Assembly (NCBI GenBank): GCA_900088475.1
Contig: FLMG01003880.1
Coordinates: forward strand, 1 to 57,163
Source of the DNA: Hyphochytrium catenoides
Taxonomy: Eukaryota > Protista > Hyphochytriomycota
Reading direction: 5' to 3'
DNA length: 57,163 nucleotides
The notes below the pieces were generated by a model that was not told the origin of the DNA, did no database searches, and saw nothing but the letters and a program-made list of their open reading frames with translations. A program made the position numbers and the translations under genes. Shown here one piece after another: positions 1 to 9,822 of the stretch. Position 1 is the stretch's first letter. Every line of letters begins with the position of its first letter.

Positions 1-3
1 GGT

Positions 4-445
4 TTCTCTCTCTCTCTCTCTCTTTTTCTCTCTCTCTCTCTCTCTCTTGTGTTGGCTTGTTCTCTGAGTGCTTGTCGGCTTTTCCTTGTGCTCTGTCTCT
101 CTTGCCCTCTCACTCCCAACCTCCAAAAGTTCTCAATCCCCTGCCTTGTCCTTGATCTTTCGACCGTTAACGGCCACGAACTAGGGAGCATCATCCTTTC
201 ATTTCGATCGCGCGGGGCTGTGGGACTGCGGCAGGGGAAGGGGAAAATAGAACCAGAGAGCGAAGGACACAATGCCGTCCTCCCTTCAACTGAACAGACC
301 GGGAGGAGGACATGCAGATTCGCTCCTGTCTCTCCCCAATTCTCTCTCTTCCTCTGTTTTCTCTGTTTCTCTCTCCATCTTTCCCTGTCTCTTCCGAAGT
401 GGGTAATCGCCTCTTCCTCTCTTTCTTTCATCCTTCCTACTTCTT

Positions 446-491
<46 letters not shown>

Positions 492-916
492 TCTCTCTCT
501 CTTTTTCCTACCCTGGTCTGCTGCTCAACTCCCTCCTGGTGATGGACGTAGCGAACACAGGAAAACTATTACTATACATATCTTCATTCATTCACTCCCA
601 ATACAACGGTAAAAGATAGAACCGTCGTGGTGCTGTCAGGACGGTAATAATATTACTACTGCCTGGCAAGCAGTGAAGTTAAGGGAATCTCCGATTCTGT
701 CAAGTCTTATTCCTGCCTTCTGGAGCCACGCTGGTGTCCTAAATCTCTTCTTCTCTCAGCCCATCTCTTCCATACTCTGTCTCGAATTTATAACTGATAT
801 ATCATGGCATAGCCGGAGCTAGTGTAATCTAGCTCGTTGACCTGGTATCTTCTTTGCGAGGTAGAGCAAGCGGTAGTACATCACGGCATTTACTTTGTTC
901 CCTCCAAGAGCCGTGG

Positions 917-982
<66 letters not shown>

Positions 983-1234
983 TCTCACTCTTCTCCTACT
1001 CTTGTTGGTCTTCCCTTCTAGTCTCAGGTCTTTCTTTTTGATGGGTTGGCTGTTATTATGCACTATTTCTTGATGGATTGATGGCTTCCCAGCAGTAACC
1101 TCAAGAGAAGAAGAGAAAGACGAAAGAGAGAGAAAGCCTGTAAAACAAGGAAGCCGAACGCTTTTCTGGTTGTGCCTGACATTGACCATTAGGACCGCAG
1201 GCTTGCTTACATGGATAAAGACAACTTTCTTCAT

Positions 1235-1278
<44 letters not shown>

Positions 1279-1300
1279 TCTCTCTCTCTCTCTCTTTCTC
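4..1300 (+). repeat. Cluster of (CT)n / (CTAT)n microsatellites upstream of the 2015 gene
   Basis: Pure CT runs at about 5-47, 448-501, 919-985 and 1239-1300. They explain the spurious SLSLSL and ERERER ORFs. Confidence 0.95.
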
Positions 1301-2014
1301 TCGTTCACCCCCTTTCTTCCTAGCTCTTGCCCGTTAACACATCCACACTCTCTCTCCCTTTTCCTCTGCTTCTTTTCCTCTCTCGTTAGAAAGGCAGCAA
1401 AACAAGTTGCTCCTCAGGGAGAGCGGTCGAGTCACCGCTTCTGTTCGCTCGCTTTACCCCTGCGCCTCACGCTTCCGTCCCGATCAGTCAACGGAGAGAT
1501 GCAAAAAAAGAGGAACAGCGTCAAGGGAAAGAAGCCAGAAAAGAGAAAGATAAAGTGAAATGTCAGAGGAAAGGCAACTGCAGATTCTTGCTTCAATCTC
1601 TCTCAAGACTTCTATCGTCTGAGCGAGACTAGAGTCTCATTCAGTAGAACCCGACCAGCAGACTCCAGAGCCTTACAAGCTCTTCTTTCTCAGTTCTCCT
1701 CTCGTTATGCGAGAGCTTGCTGAACTGTACCGCTTGGCTGCTACTTCCCATCTCTTTCTTGTGATACCTGCTGGAAGCTCTTCCTCTCTCGGTCTCGCTC
1801 GCTCTCGTTTCCTTTCTTATAGACCGGGAGGGTCCGATGTGGCCGTAAAAGGTAGAGCTCGCGCACTTGTCAAGCAGTTACTGCCCATCCAAGTAGGAAG
1901 ACTTTTAAAGTTTAGAGAGGAAGACAGAGAGCTGGCAAAGTTTGCGCTCGCGTTCTCCTTCTTCTTTCTCCTCTCTGTCTCGCCTCAAGCCTGGCCCCCT
2001 GGTGTGAGCGCACC

Positions 2015-3646
2015 ATGAATGTCTCTGACATTCTAAACAAAGGCAACAATAGTGGAGACTCAGGAAAGCGCCAGGAAAACAATAGCGTGAGGAGAGAGCC
2101 TAAAGGACGGCCCTCACCCGCGACGTCCACTTCTTATCAAGCCGCTGAGAGCTTTCGAAGTCATGGAAGCATGCCTACTGCCGTCTCATATCCTTCCCCG
2201 CCAACGGCTTTCTCCTTCGCGATTCGAAGTCCAGCTCTTTTCCCTCAGCATACACTCCCAGCCGGTCAGCTGCAGCAGGAAGGACCTCCTACATTCCTGC
2301 AAGGAGGGAGTGGAGGACTAGGGAGCTTTACTCCTACCTCTTTCTCTGCTTCGGCTCCCCTTTCTTGTCCCACGGGGTCTCTCTATTATAACCCACTGCT
2401 CAGTCAACAGGCCATAGGACCGATTGCCAACGATAGGAAACCCATGCCGATTGCTCCGACAGTGTCCTTCAATCGATCCATGAGTGAAGGGCCCAAGGTA
2501 GAGGGAAGGCAGGGCCTCTCTGGGGTCCCTTCCCTTGCTGAAAGGCCCTCCTCCAGTGTCCTCCCGCAATACACTTCCGTGGGGGTGACGGCTAACATCT
2601 CCTCATCTCCCTCTTTGGCGATATCTTCGGCTCCAGCTACAGCGCTGCCTGCTCTAAGGAGAGGCAAGTGGCACCCTGAGGAAGAAGAATATACGGTGAC
2701 AATGATAGAAGCTTTTATTGAAGGCCTGCTCCCATTGCAACCGGGCACAACCCTTCGAGGCTTTATAGCTGAGCAGCTCTTTTGTGACCCTATGAGAGTG
2801 ACTAAAAAGCTTGCCACCATGGAATGTGGTGGCGTTAGGCTGGCCAAGAGAGTGGGCAAGAGGACGTTCACCCCTTACCTAGGCCCCAACGTCGAAGCGC
2901 GTCGACAAGCGGCGATGAGCCGTCTAGCAGAACTCCGTCTTCGCTTCTTCTGGCGGATTGGATTGGCACATTCTCGGCCTCATCACCACCTTCTCGGCCC
3001 ATCTGTGCCTTCATCGGCAGGTCAAGCGATGGGAACGGCTTCATCCCAGTCGTCCATGGTTTCTAGTAGGGGCTCCGCAGATACATCACGGTCGCCTCCA
3101 CAGCGCGGTTATCCCTTTTCGACGCTGCAGCGCAGCCCAGAGCAGACAAAAGGGGGCCTGCCTAGTATAACACGCATGATAGATCGGCCCCCACCTTCTG
3201 GGCCGTCCCCTGGTCTTAGTCCTCCACAGTCTGTTCCCCCGTCGCCTGCTACTCCTCCTTTCTCCCTTCCTCCGCCAAGGGAGGTGGTTCTTCCTGCCAG
3301 GGCAGCACCCGCTACTGATCAAGAGACTGCCCACGCATTACTCGAGAAAGAGAATAGATTGAGTAAACAAGGAGGCGAGGTGACCACTGATAGCGTGGCT
3401 GGAGGTCTTCTTCTTGACTTCATAAAAGCGGCTCACTCCGACAGTGGCAGCCGCCACTCCTCGCCGGGTAGTGGCAGCCGAAGCTCAGGAGATGACAAAA
3501 GACAAAGGAAGCGGAAACGTTCGTCGCCTGAGGAGGAGGGCGAGTCGGACACAGGGACGGATAGCGTTAGCGATGACAGTGTTAGGAAGCGCTGCCGGTC
3601 TGTGGATGGGCTGGGGACCAGCCCACCTGTCCAGATGGTCGGCTAG
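2015..3646 (+). CDS. Putative transcription regulator of the LRRGKW...CDPMRxxKK family (Myb-like start), otherwise low complexity
   Basis: 543-aa ORF with one conserved block, LRRGKWHPEEEEYTVTMIEAFIEGLLPLQPGTTLRGFIAEQLFCDPMRVTKKL. It has S/P-rich disordered flanks and a basic NLS-like KRQRKRKR near the C-terminus. Confidence 0.75.
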   Translation: MNVSDILNKGNNSGDSGKRQENNSVRREPKGRPSPATSTSYQAAESFRSHGSMPTAVSYPSPPTAFSFAIRSPALFPQHTLPAGQLQQEGPPTFLQGGSGGLGSFTPTSFSASAPLSCPTGSLYYNPLLSQQAIGPIANDRKPMPIAPTVSFNRSMSEGPKVEGRQGLSGVPSLAERPSSSVLPQYTSVGVTANISSSPSLAISSAPATALPALRRGKWHPEEEEYTVTMIEAFIEGLLPLQPGTTLRGFIAEQLFCDPMRVTKKLATMECGGVRLAKRVGKRTFTPYLGPNVEARRQAAMSRLAELRLRFFWRIGLAHSRPHHHLLGPSVPSSAGQAMGTASSQSSMVSSRGSADTSRSPPQRGYPFSTLQRSPEQTKGGLPSITRMIDRPPPSGPSPGLSPPQSVPPSPATPPFSLPPPREVVLPARAAPATDQETAHALLEKENRLSKQGGEVTTDSVAGGLLLDFIKAAHSDSGSRHSSPGSGSRSSGDDKRQRKRKRSSPEEEGESDTGTDSVSDDSVRKRCRSVDGLGTSPPVQMVG

Positions 3647-4108
3647 GAGCAGCTGCCTCCAACTATTTATTCCACTATCATACTATCATATTTTTATCTA
3701 TTGGCCCTCATATTGACTGAAGACGGTACAACTCTTCCCTCAGTTGGTTCTTTGTAAATAGCTGCTTTGTAGATAGCTGCTCCGTCATCACTGTTACCTT
3801 CAGCTGTATGGTAAGCACAAGGTGCATCCTGAGAGTATCTAACCACGGTGTCAAGAACACGAGTATCATTCGTCATGCTTTATGATAGACTACCCCAGAG
3901 GCTAAAGCCTCTGCTTGCGATATAGTAGCGACGAGAGTGTTGACTTGTTAGTCTGGACACCGTTGTCTGAGAGAGTCGTAGAAGTATTCTTTATTTCGGA
4001 CGGCGTATATGTTACAGAAAGAGCCCCTAGACAAGGGTATCACTGCCAGTCTCTTCGAACCTCGAGCTACATAGCGTTGTACACTCTGCCCTTCAGCTGG
4101 AGTCTGCC

Positions 4109-5185
4109 TTACCAGGAGTCACGAGGCAGGTACGAGAAGACTTCAAACCAGAGCTCGATTGGAGGACATGCAATCTGATGCTCAGAACCAGACAGCGCTT
4201 TCTGAATGAGCAGAAGTAACAGGATTGTCTTTCTGAAACGCTTACCAAAGAGGAAGTGCGTCTCCGGAGTCCAACGTTGGCTCTGCTCGACCAGCAGGCA
4301 GCAGGGTGCCATGCCACTCCAGCCATGCTTCTCTGCTTCGCTACATTCAGCCAACTCTGTCTCTGTCACCGCCGCACCGTTATGCAGTAGCGCTCCTACT
4401 ATATCAGGGCGACTAGATGACAGTGCAAGACTGAGCGCCGCAACTCCATGCTTATCTCTTACATTTACCTCTACATCCCGCCGCAGTAGAGCTCCGACAG
4501 AGTTCAATCTTCCTTTTCCTACTGCATACATTAAGCAGGACTGCCCCATACTATCTACGTGGTCTACATCAGCGCCTGCCGCTATCAAAAATTCTTCCAC
4601 CTGTGGAGTTCCCATTGAAATGGCGGCCATAAGCGGCGACATGTTGCGCTTGTTCAAGTCGTCGATAACGGCTCCATGCTCTACCAAGAACTTGCAGACC
4701 CTAAGGTTCCCCTTAGAGGCGGCGACGTACAACGCAGAGCAGCCAGCATTTGTCCGATGACGTATAAGCTCCTTGTTCTTCCGTAGCAGCCGGTCCATCT
4801 CGCCTATGTCTCCACAAAGGACGGCTTGATGCCAAGCCAAAGTAAGGGCATTGGTTTCCAGGTAATGTCCTTGGTACTTGCACTCAAATAGTGCGCCTTC
4901 CTTGAGAGATTGCTGAGGTATAGAAGAAGGAGGGAACGCCATATTGCTGCTTTCAGGTCTAACGCTTAACTGCAAGGGCAGCGGGAACGTTGCTGGACCG
5001 CCACCAGTTCCAGTGTCTCCAGAGCTTTCATGCTCGGTGACGGTAGAGCCCGCATCAAGCTTGGGAGCTCTCTTTAGGATGGTTAGCTTTTCCGGTAAAG
5101 GCATGTTTAGGAGGAAGATACCATCATGTCGTAGACCATCCTTGATGGGCACGCAGAGAGGGCAGATAGAGCCAAGTTCAGTCAC
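4109..5185 (-). CDS. Ankyrin-repeat protein (start uncertain; first in-frame ATG at 5104, an upstream exon is possible)
   Basis: Consecutive ankyrin repeats: GCSALYVAASKGNLRVCKFLVEHGA, NMSPLMAAISMGTPQVEEFLIAAGADVD, GQSCLMYAVGKGRLNSVGALLRRDVEVN, GVAALSLALSSSRPDIVGALLHNGA. Confidence 0.85.
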   Translation of the reverse strand: MTELGSICPLCVPIKDGLRHDGIFLLNMPLPEKLTILKRAPKLDAGSTVTEHESSGDTGTGGGPATFPLPLQLSVRPESSNMAFPPSSIPQQSLKEGALFECKYQGHYLETNALTLAWHQAVLCGDIGEMDRLLRKNKELIRHRTNAGCSALYVAASKGNLRVCKFLVEHGAVIDDLNKRNMSPLMAAISMGTPQVEEFLIAAGADVDHVDSMGQSCLMYAVGKGRLNSVGALLRRDVEVNVRDKHGVAALSLALSSSRPDIVGALLHNGAAVTETELAECSEAEKHGWSGMAPCCLLVEQSQRWTPETHFLFGKRFRKTILLLLLIQKALSGSEHQIACPPIELWFEVFSYLPRDSW

Positions 5186-5760
5186 TGGCAGCGGAAGTCA
5201 TAGCACGTCCATAGTCTATTGCTCTTCACTTCCATGGTCGACCCGCTTCTCTCAGGAAAGGATCAAGGCCAGGGGCGAATACCTGCTTTCGCGCCTGCAT
5301 TGGCACGCTGTTCGCCCTGCTATTGGGCGCAGAACCGAGCCAGAAGGCCTCGTATTCTAGACGGATCACCGCTTTCATCGGACTCTAAGTCTGTTAAAGT
5401 TATGAAGTGGATAGTGCTGGAGCTCGTTTGCTTCCTTGATTCATCACATGCGATCAGGTCCACACCAACTGCGACACGAGGGAGCGGACAATGCGCACAT
5501 CGTAAGGGCTACCGCACTAACCTTACAAGACGCTCTTGGATATCAGTGTAAGAGAGCAGCAATGGGGAGACGAAGGTGCGGTCTTACTTACAAGACGCAA
5601 AGCCTTAATATTACACCAAGGTTTGCAAGCCGCCGCCGGAGAACAGCGCAAGATGCTGCGCACAATAGTGGACGTTGAAGTACCGTGAGTATCACAGTGT
5701 GGAGGTGCCGCCCCCTTATTATGACGGAGAACTACTAATTAGGATCATTGTACGACAGGT

Positions 5761-6154
5761 TCCTCCCGCGCTGGAGTACGAAGGATGGAACGGAGAACAG
5801 AAAGAAGCCGTCCAGAGCAAACTTTTCAGCAAAGGTCCTAGTAATTTGAGGAGGACATGTCCTTAGCAGATGGTTGACCCTGCCGTATCCTAGACAGCTT
5901 CGAAAGAGACACCGCTCAATTTGTGGATCATCGATAGCATCTAGTCCGACGTTGATATCCTCTAGACGCTTTAGCTTGCGGAGGAGGTAGTCTGATGTAT
6001 AGCCGATAGATCCCACGAGGCAACCAAGAGCTCCAATACCATCCACAGGACAGCGAATAGTATCCGTAGGAAAGTCCGGCCAGCCTAAGCGCTGAGGTGG
6101 TGAGGGCCACCGAAGTTCACACTTCTCCAAACTAAGGGACAAGCCCACAGCTGC
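5761..6154 (-). mobile_element. Fragment of a CRE-clade non-LTR retrotransposon (region just after the RT YLDD motif), inverted relative to the neighbouring copy
   Basis: The reverse complement aligns along its length to 6336-6724. It translates as AAVGLSLSLEKCEL...GIGALGCLVGS...LFRSCLGYGRVNHLLRTCPP. Confidence 0.8.
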
Positions 6155-6199
6155 GTCTCCGGTGCCCGGCAAGGTCACCCGCTCGGCCCTCTTCTCTCT

Positions 6200-7660
6200 A
6201 GCGTTGCATGGGATGCTCTTATGGCGCAGGAGACGTTCTCTGATTTAGACCTTCACGTCTCGTACCTTGATGACGGTACCATCATTGGCTCCCTTGACAG
6301 TGTGTGAAGCGCTTCAAGTTACCATTGACAACTGTGCAGCTGTGGGCTTCTCCCTTAATTTGCGGAAGTGTAATCTTTGGTGGCCCTCACCTCCTCAGCG
6401 GTTTGGCTGGCTGGACTTTCCTGCGGATACTATTCGCTGTCCTGTGGATGGTATTGGAATTCTCGGTTGCCTCGTGAGATCTATTGGCTATATCTCAGAC
6501 TACCTCCTCCGCAAGCTAGACTACAGGACATCGACGTCGCACTAGATGCTATCGATGATCCACAAATTGGGCTGTGCCTCTTTCGAGGTTGTCCAGGATA
6601 CAGCAGGGCCAACCGTCTGCTACGGACATGTTCCCCTCAGTTCACTCGGACCTTTATTAGAAAAGTTTGCTCTACGGCTTGTTTCTGATCTCCGCTCTAT
6701 CCTTCGTACTCCAGCGCTGGAGGATTCAGCCTGGCTCCAGTCTGAACTTCACATACGACTGGGACGTGTAGGCGTGAGCTTATACGCAATCGATATTGAA
6801 AGAAGCGTAGGTCGAGTCTAGGGTGCAAACTCGCGATATCTGTGCTGTTATTGTTCACCGTCCTCCGGATGCCTTCGGCGCTTGAGGATCTACGCTTGGC
6901 CCTGGCTGCCCAGAACGCGGAAGTAGACAGTAATAAGAAGACCCTAGATGAGCTCTTCCAATCTCACAGAAATATTCAGAGACTGCTGTCTGAGGAGGTC
7001 TGGGCTTACAAGCGAGATCATCTACCCGTCCAAGCAGTTCGCCTTCGAGACCAGCACGGCTAAGGGCGGTGAGTATGAAACAGGCGGGTGCCTTTCTTCA
7101 TGCTAGCCCTCCTATCCCTGGTTTGGACCAACGGATAGGCGATTGCCGACTGTACCGCCTCAAGCGTCAAGATACCTGGTCTGTCGCTTGGCCCATCGTG
7201 TATGCTGTACGCCATGATGGCTTGCGGGATCTTCTCCTTGGCCTTGCTTGTTCGGCAGGACTGTTGGTCAGAGCTGAGCCTCTCGAGGTATTACCCAATG
7301 GTCATCGCCCAGGTGAGTTGGCCATTGAGGCCTCTGCGCCTCAGAGAGTCTGCAGGGCCGTCGACGTCACTGTCTCCGATTCGCTGCAAATGAACACCCT
7401 ACCTTTTGCAGCGGCTCAGAAAGGATACGTCGCGAGCATGCGCATAGGAGGAAGATCTCCTTCTTCGCCGAGGAGTGTGAAGATCAAGGCTACGGTTTCC
7501 GTTCGTCAGCGTGGGAATCCTTTGGTGGAGCCACGGAGACAGTTCATTCCACCATGAAAGAATGGCTGAGGGCCATCTTTGACAGATGTGGGAGTGGGGC
7601 TGCGTCTTCCTCTCTATATCTTCAGAGCTCTGTCCTCCTGCAACACTATAATGCAGAGAT
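6200..7660 (+). mobile_element. Decayed, 5'-truncated CRE/SLACS-like non-LTR retrotransposon (RT plus restriction-like endonuclease), with frameshifts
   Basis: SYLDDGTIIG at about 6260, followed by GFSLNLRKC. The C-terminal RLE signature reads RHDGLRD...EP...HRPGEL...AVDVTVSD, then AWESFGG after a frameshift. Confidence 0.8.
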
Positions 7661-8255
7661 GATTTCCCATAGAGTGAGTGACCCAACCTTCTCACATTGA
7701 GAATGTGGTCCTGGGTCAGCTTCCAAGGGCTGTTGCTGGACGGCCTCTGTGAAGTCTCTCTTGCTTCCTAGTAAGTTACCCTCATCATGCTGGTGCGACA
7801 GGCGGCAGGTATCTTCAAGATAGAGCAAGGGTAATGGTCTTTTCTCTGATAAAATATCTAAAAAATAATCACTGGATCACTACTGAAACTCTTTGTTGCG
7901 CTATAAAAGTACTTTCTTTTGTTTGAACTCGATTTAACCTGAAATAAATGGCCAATAGATTATGAGAAAACAGGAGTTTGCGAGATGGCTAAGATGAACC
8001 TTCTTCCTCTTCTCCGACCATCTAAGGAAACAACTCCGCTTGCCAGACAGAATCTCTTCATGATGACAAGAATCAGCCCTTGACGATCACAACGTATCTT
8101 AGGCAAGTTTGAGAGAGGAGATGCAAATGCTGCTAAGAACTAAGAATACTTTAGGGCACACAGGCATGAAAATTCGAGCGTGAACAGAACCAACCTCATT
8201 TCTGAATAGTGCGGGAGCCCAGCAGTAACGGAGAAGCGATTGCTACCTAGTCACC

Positions 8256-9224
8256 ATGGACGATGAGAAACTTAGGACGCATCAGGAGGATAGTGCAAGG
8301 GAAGGATGGAACAAGCATGCAAAGGGTTATGTAGAGGTATTCGAACCGAACACAGGGCTCTGGGCGGCTACCGCTGCTACACTTGCCAAGAACTATGTTT
8401 ATTCCAAAGGAGGATGTCACTCGAAGGACCAAAAGCTCAAGATCCTTGACATTGCTGCTGGGGCCGGTGGGCTCACGTTTGCATTAGCTCATGCCTTCCC
8501 TCATCAGCATAAAATTACGGCTGTGGATATCTCAGATGAGCTGCTCAAAGTTCTGGATGCAAAGCGGTCTCCTTCCCATGCGATTGAAGTTGTTTGCCAA
8601 GATGCATGTGCCTTCCTGCGTTCCACGGCGGAGTCCTCGGTGGACCTTATCGGATCCAACTTCGGCATGGCATTGTTTCCAGAGGAAGCGCGATTAGCGG
8701 CGTGGAGATCTGCTGTGAGAGTACTTAAACCAGAAGGCACACTGGTCGCTTCCATTTGGGATGTCAATGCTCTCAACATCCGCTTTATGAACGTTATTGA
8801 GGACTATCTATCAACCAGAGCACCAGCAGGTGAGCAAGGCACAGACTTGGCCGGCAAACAAGGCCAGGCTAAACTGAATCCTTCAATGAGCCTTGAAGCC
8901 TTTAAGACTGAGCTGGAAGGAACAGGGCTGGTGGATGTACAAGTCTTCACAGTACCTCATTCCTTTTCTTTCGCAAGAGGGGAGGATCTCATTAACGCGG
9001 CACAGGATAACCCAATCATTCAAAGCTTGATGAAGAGACACAGCAAAGATCATATGGATGAGGCGTGGGCGTACGCGTTCAAGTATGCCATGATGAACAC
9101 CTCTCCCACTAACGTCGCCGCCAGGCCTGCCGTTGACGATTTGGAGCTTGACAGCCTGAAGAAGAATCCAACTATCTTTAGCGGGCTGGCGCACATCGCG
9201 CTAGCCAGAAAAGGAAAGCAATAG
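8256..9224 (+). CDS. Class I SAM-dependent methyltransferase
   Basis: Intronless 322-aa ORF with motif I ILDIAAGAGG, then AVDIS, CQDA, VDLIGSNFG and RVLKPEGTL. Confidence 0.85.
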   Translation: MDDEKLRTHQEDSAREGWNKHAKGYVEVFEPNTGLWAATAATLAKNYVYSKGGCHSKDQKLKILDIAAGAGGLTFALAHAFPHQHKITAVDISDELLKVLDAKRSPSHAIEVVCQDACAFLRSTAESSVDLIGSNFGMALFPEEARLAAWRSAVRVLKPEGTLVASIWDVNALNIRFMNVIEDYLSTRAPAGEQGTDLAGKQGQAKLNPSMSLEAFKTELEGTGLVDVQVFTVPHSFSFARGEDLINAAQDNPIIQSLMKRHSKDHMDEAWAYAFKYAMMNTSPTNVAARPAVDDLELDSLKKNPTIFSGLAHIALARKGKQ

Positions 9225-9822
9225 GAGTTTACCATGCCGGAAGCTCCGAGGTGAGGGGAGGGACGCATAATGTCCTTGCTCTTGGTAACTATCAGATAAT
9301 GCGAAAACACTGATATTGTAGTCCGCGCCACCTATCTTCTCGCTCACCAGAAGTAAGCGGGCCCATGACCTGAGATAGGGAAGTGTATCAGCGCAGGCGT
9401 CAAATCTGATCCTCAAAGGGATAGAGCCATGCAAACGATTGTCTTGGCCTGTATTCTCGAGAGAAAATCCTCCTTTGATCGGAGCAACTTCTGCATATGG
9501 TGAGGGACTTCCAAGAACAATGTGGCCTGTATCAATATCTCGCTGCAGGAGGCTCATCAGTCAGAGCCACGACATGCGCCAAACAATGTGAAAAAATGCA
9601 GTGCTATCTGTGTCTTCATCGTCCCCACTCATAAAAATAACTGGCATCATACTTTGAACGTCCTTGGCAGTCCCAACACAGGAGTACCTTACAGCCTCAG
9701 GGGTAGAGACAACAGAATGATGATAGAGATGACGTGAAGACAGCGTGCAGCTCTCGTTCGTTGTCTAGGATATATATATATTGAGATGGAGACAACCTTA
9801 CGATGAGACCAAATGTTTTCAC

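Noticed and set aside
49-1558. ORFs rich in SLSLSL or ERERER (also at about 28630-29210, 34580-35030, 38710-39410 and 48340-49250)
   Set aside because: They are translations of (CT)n/(GA)n microsatellites, not credible proteins.
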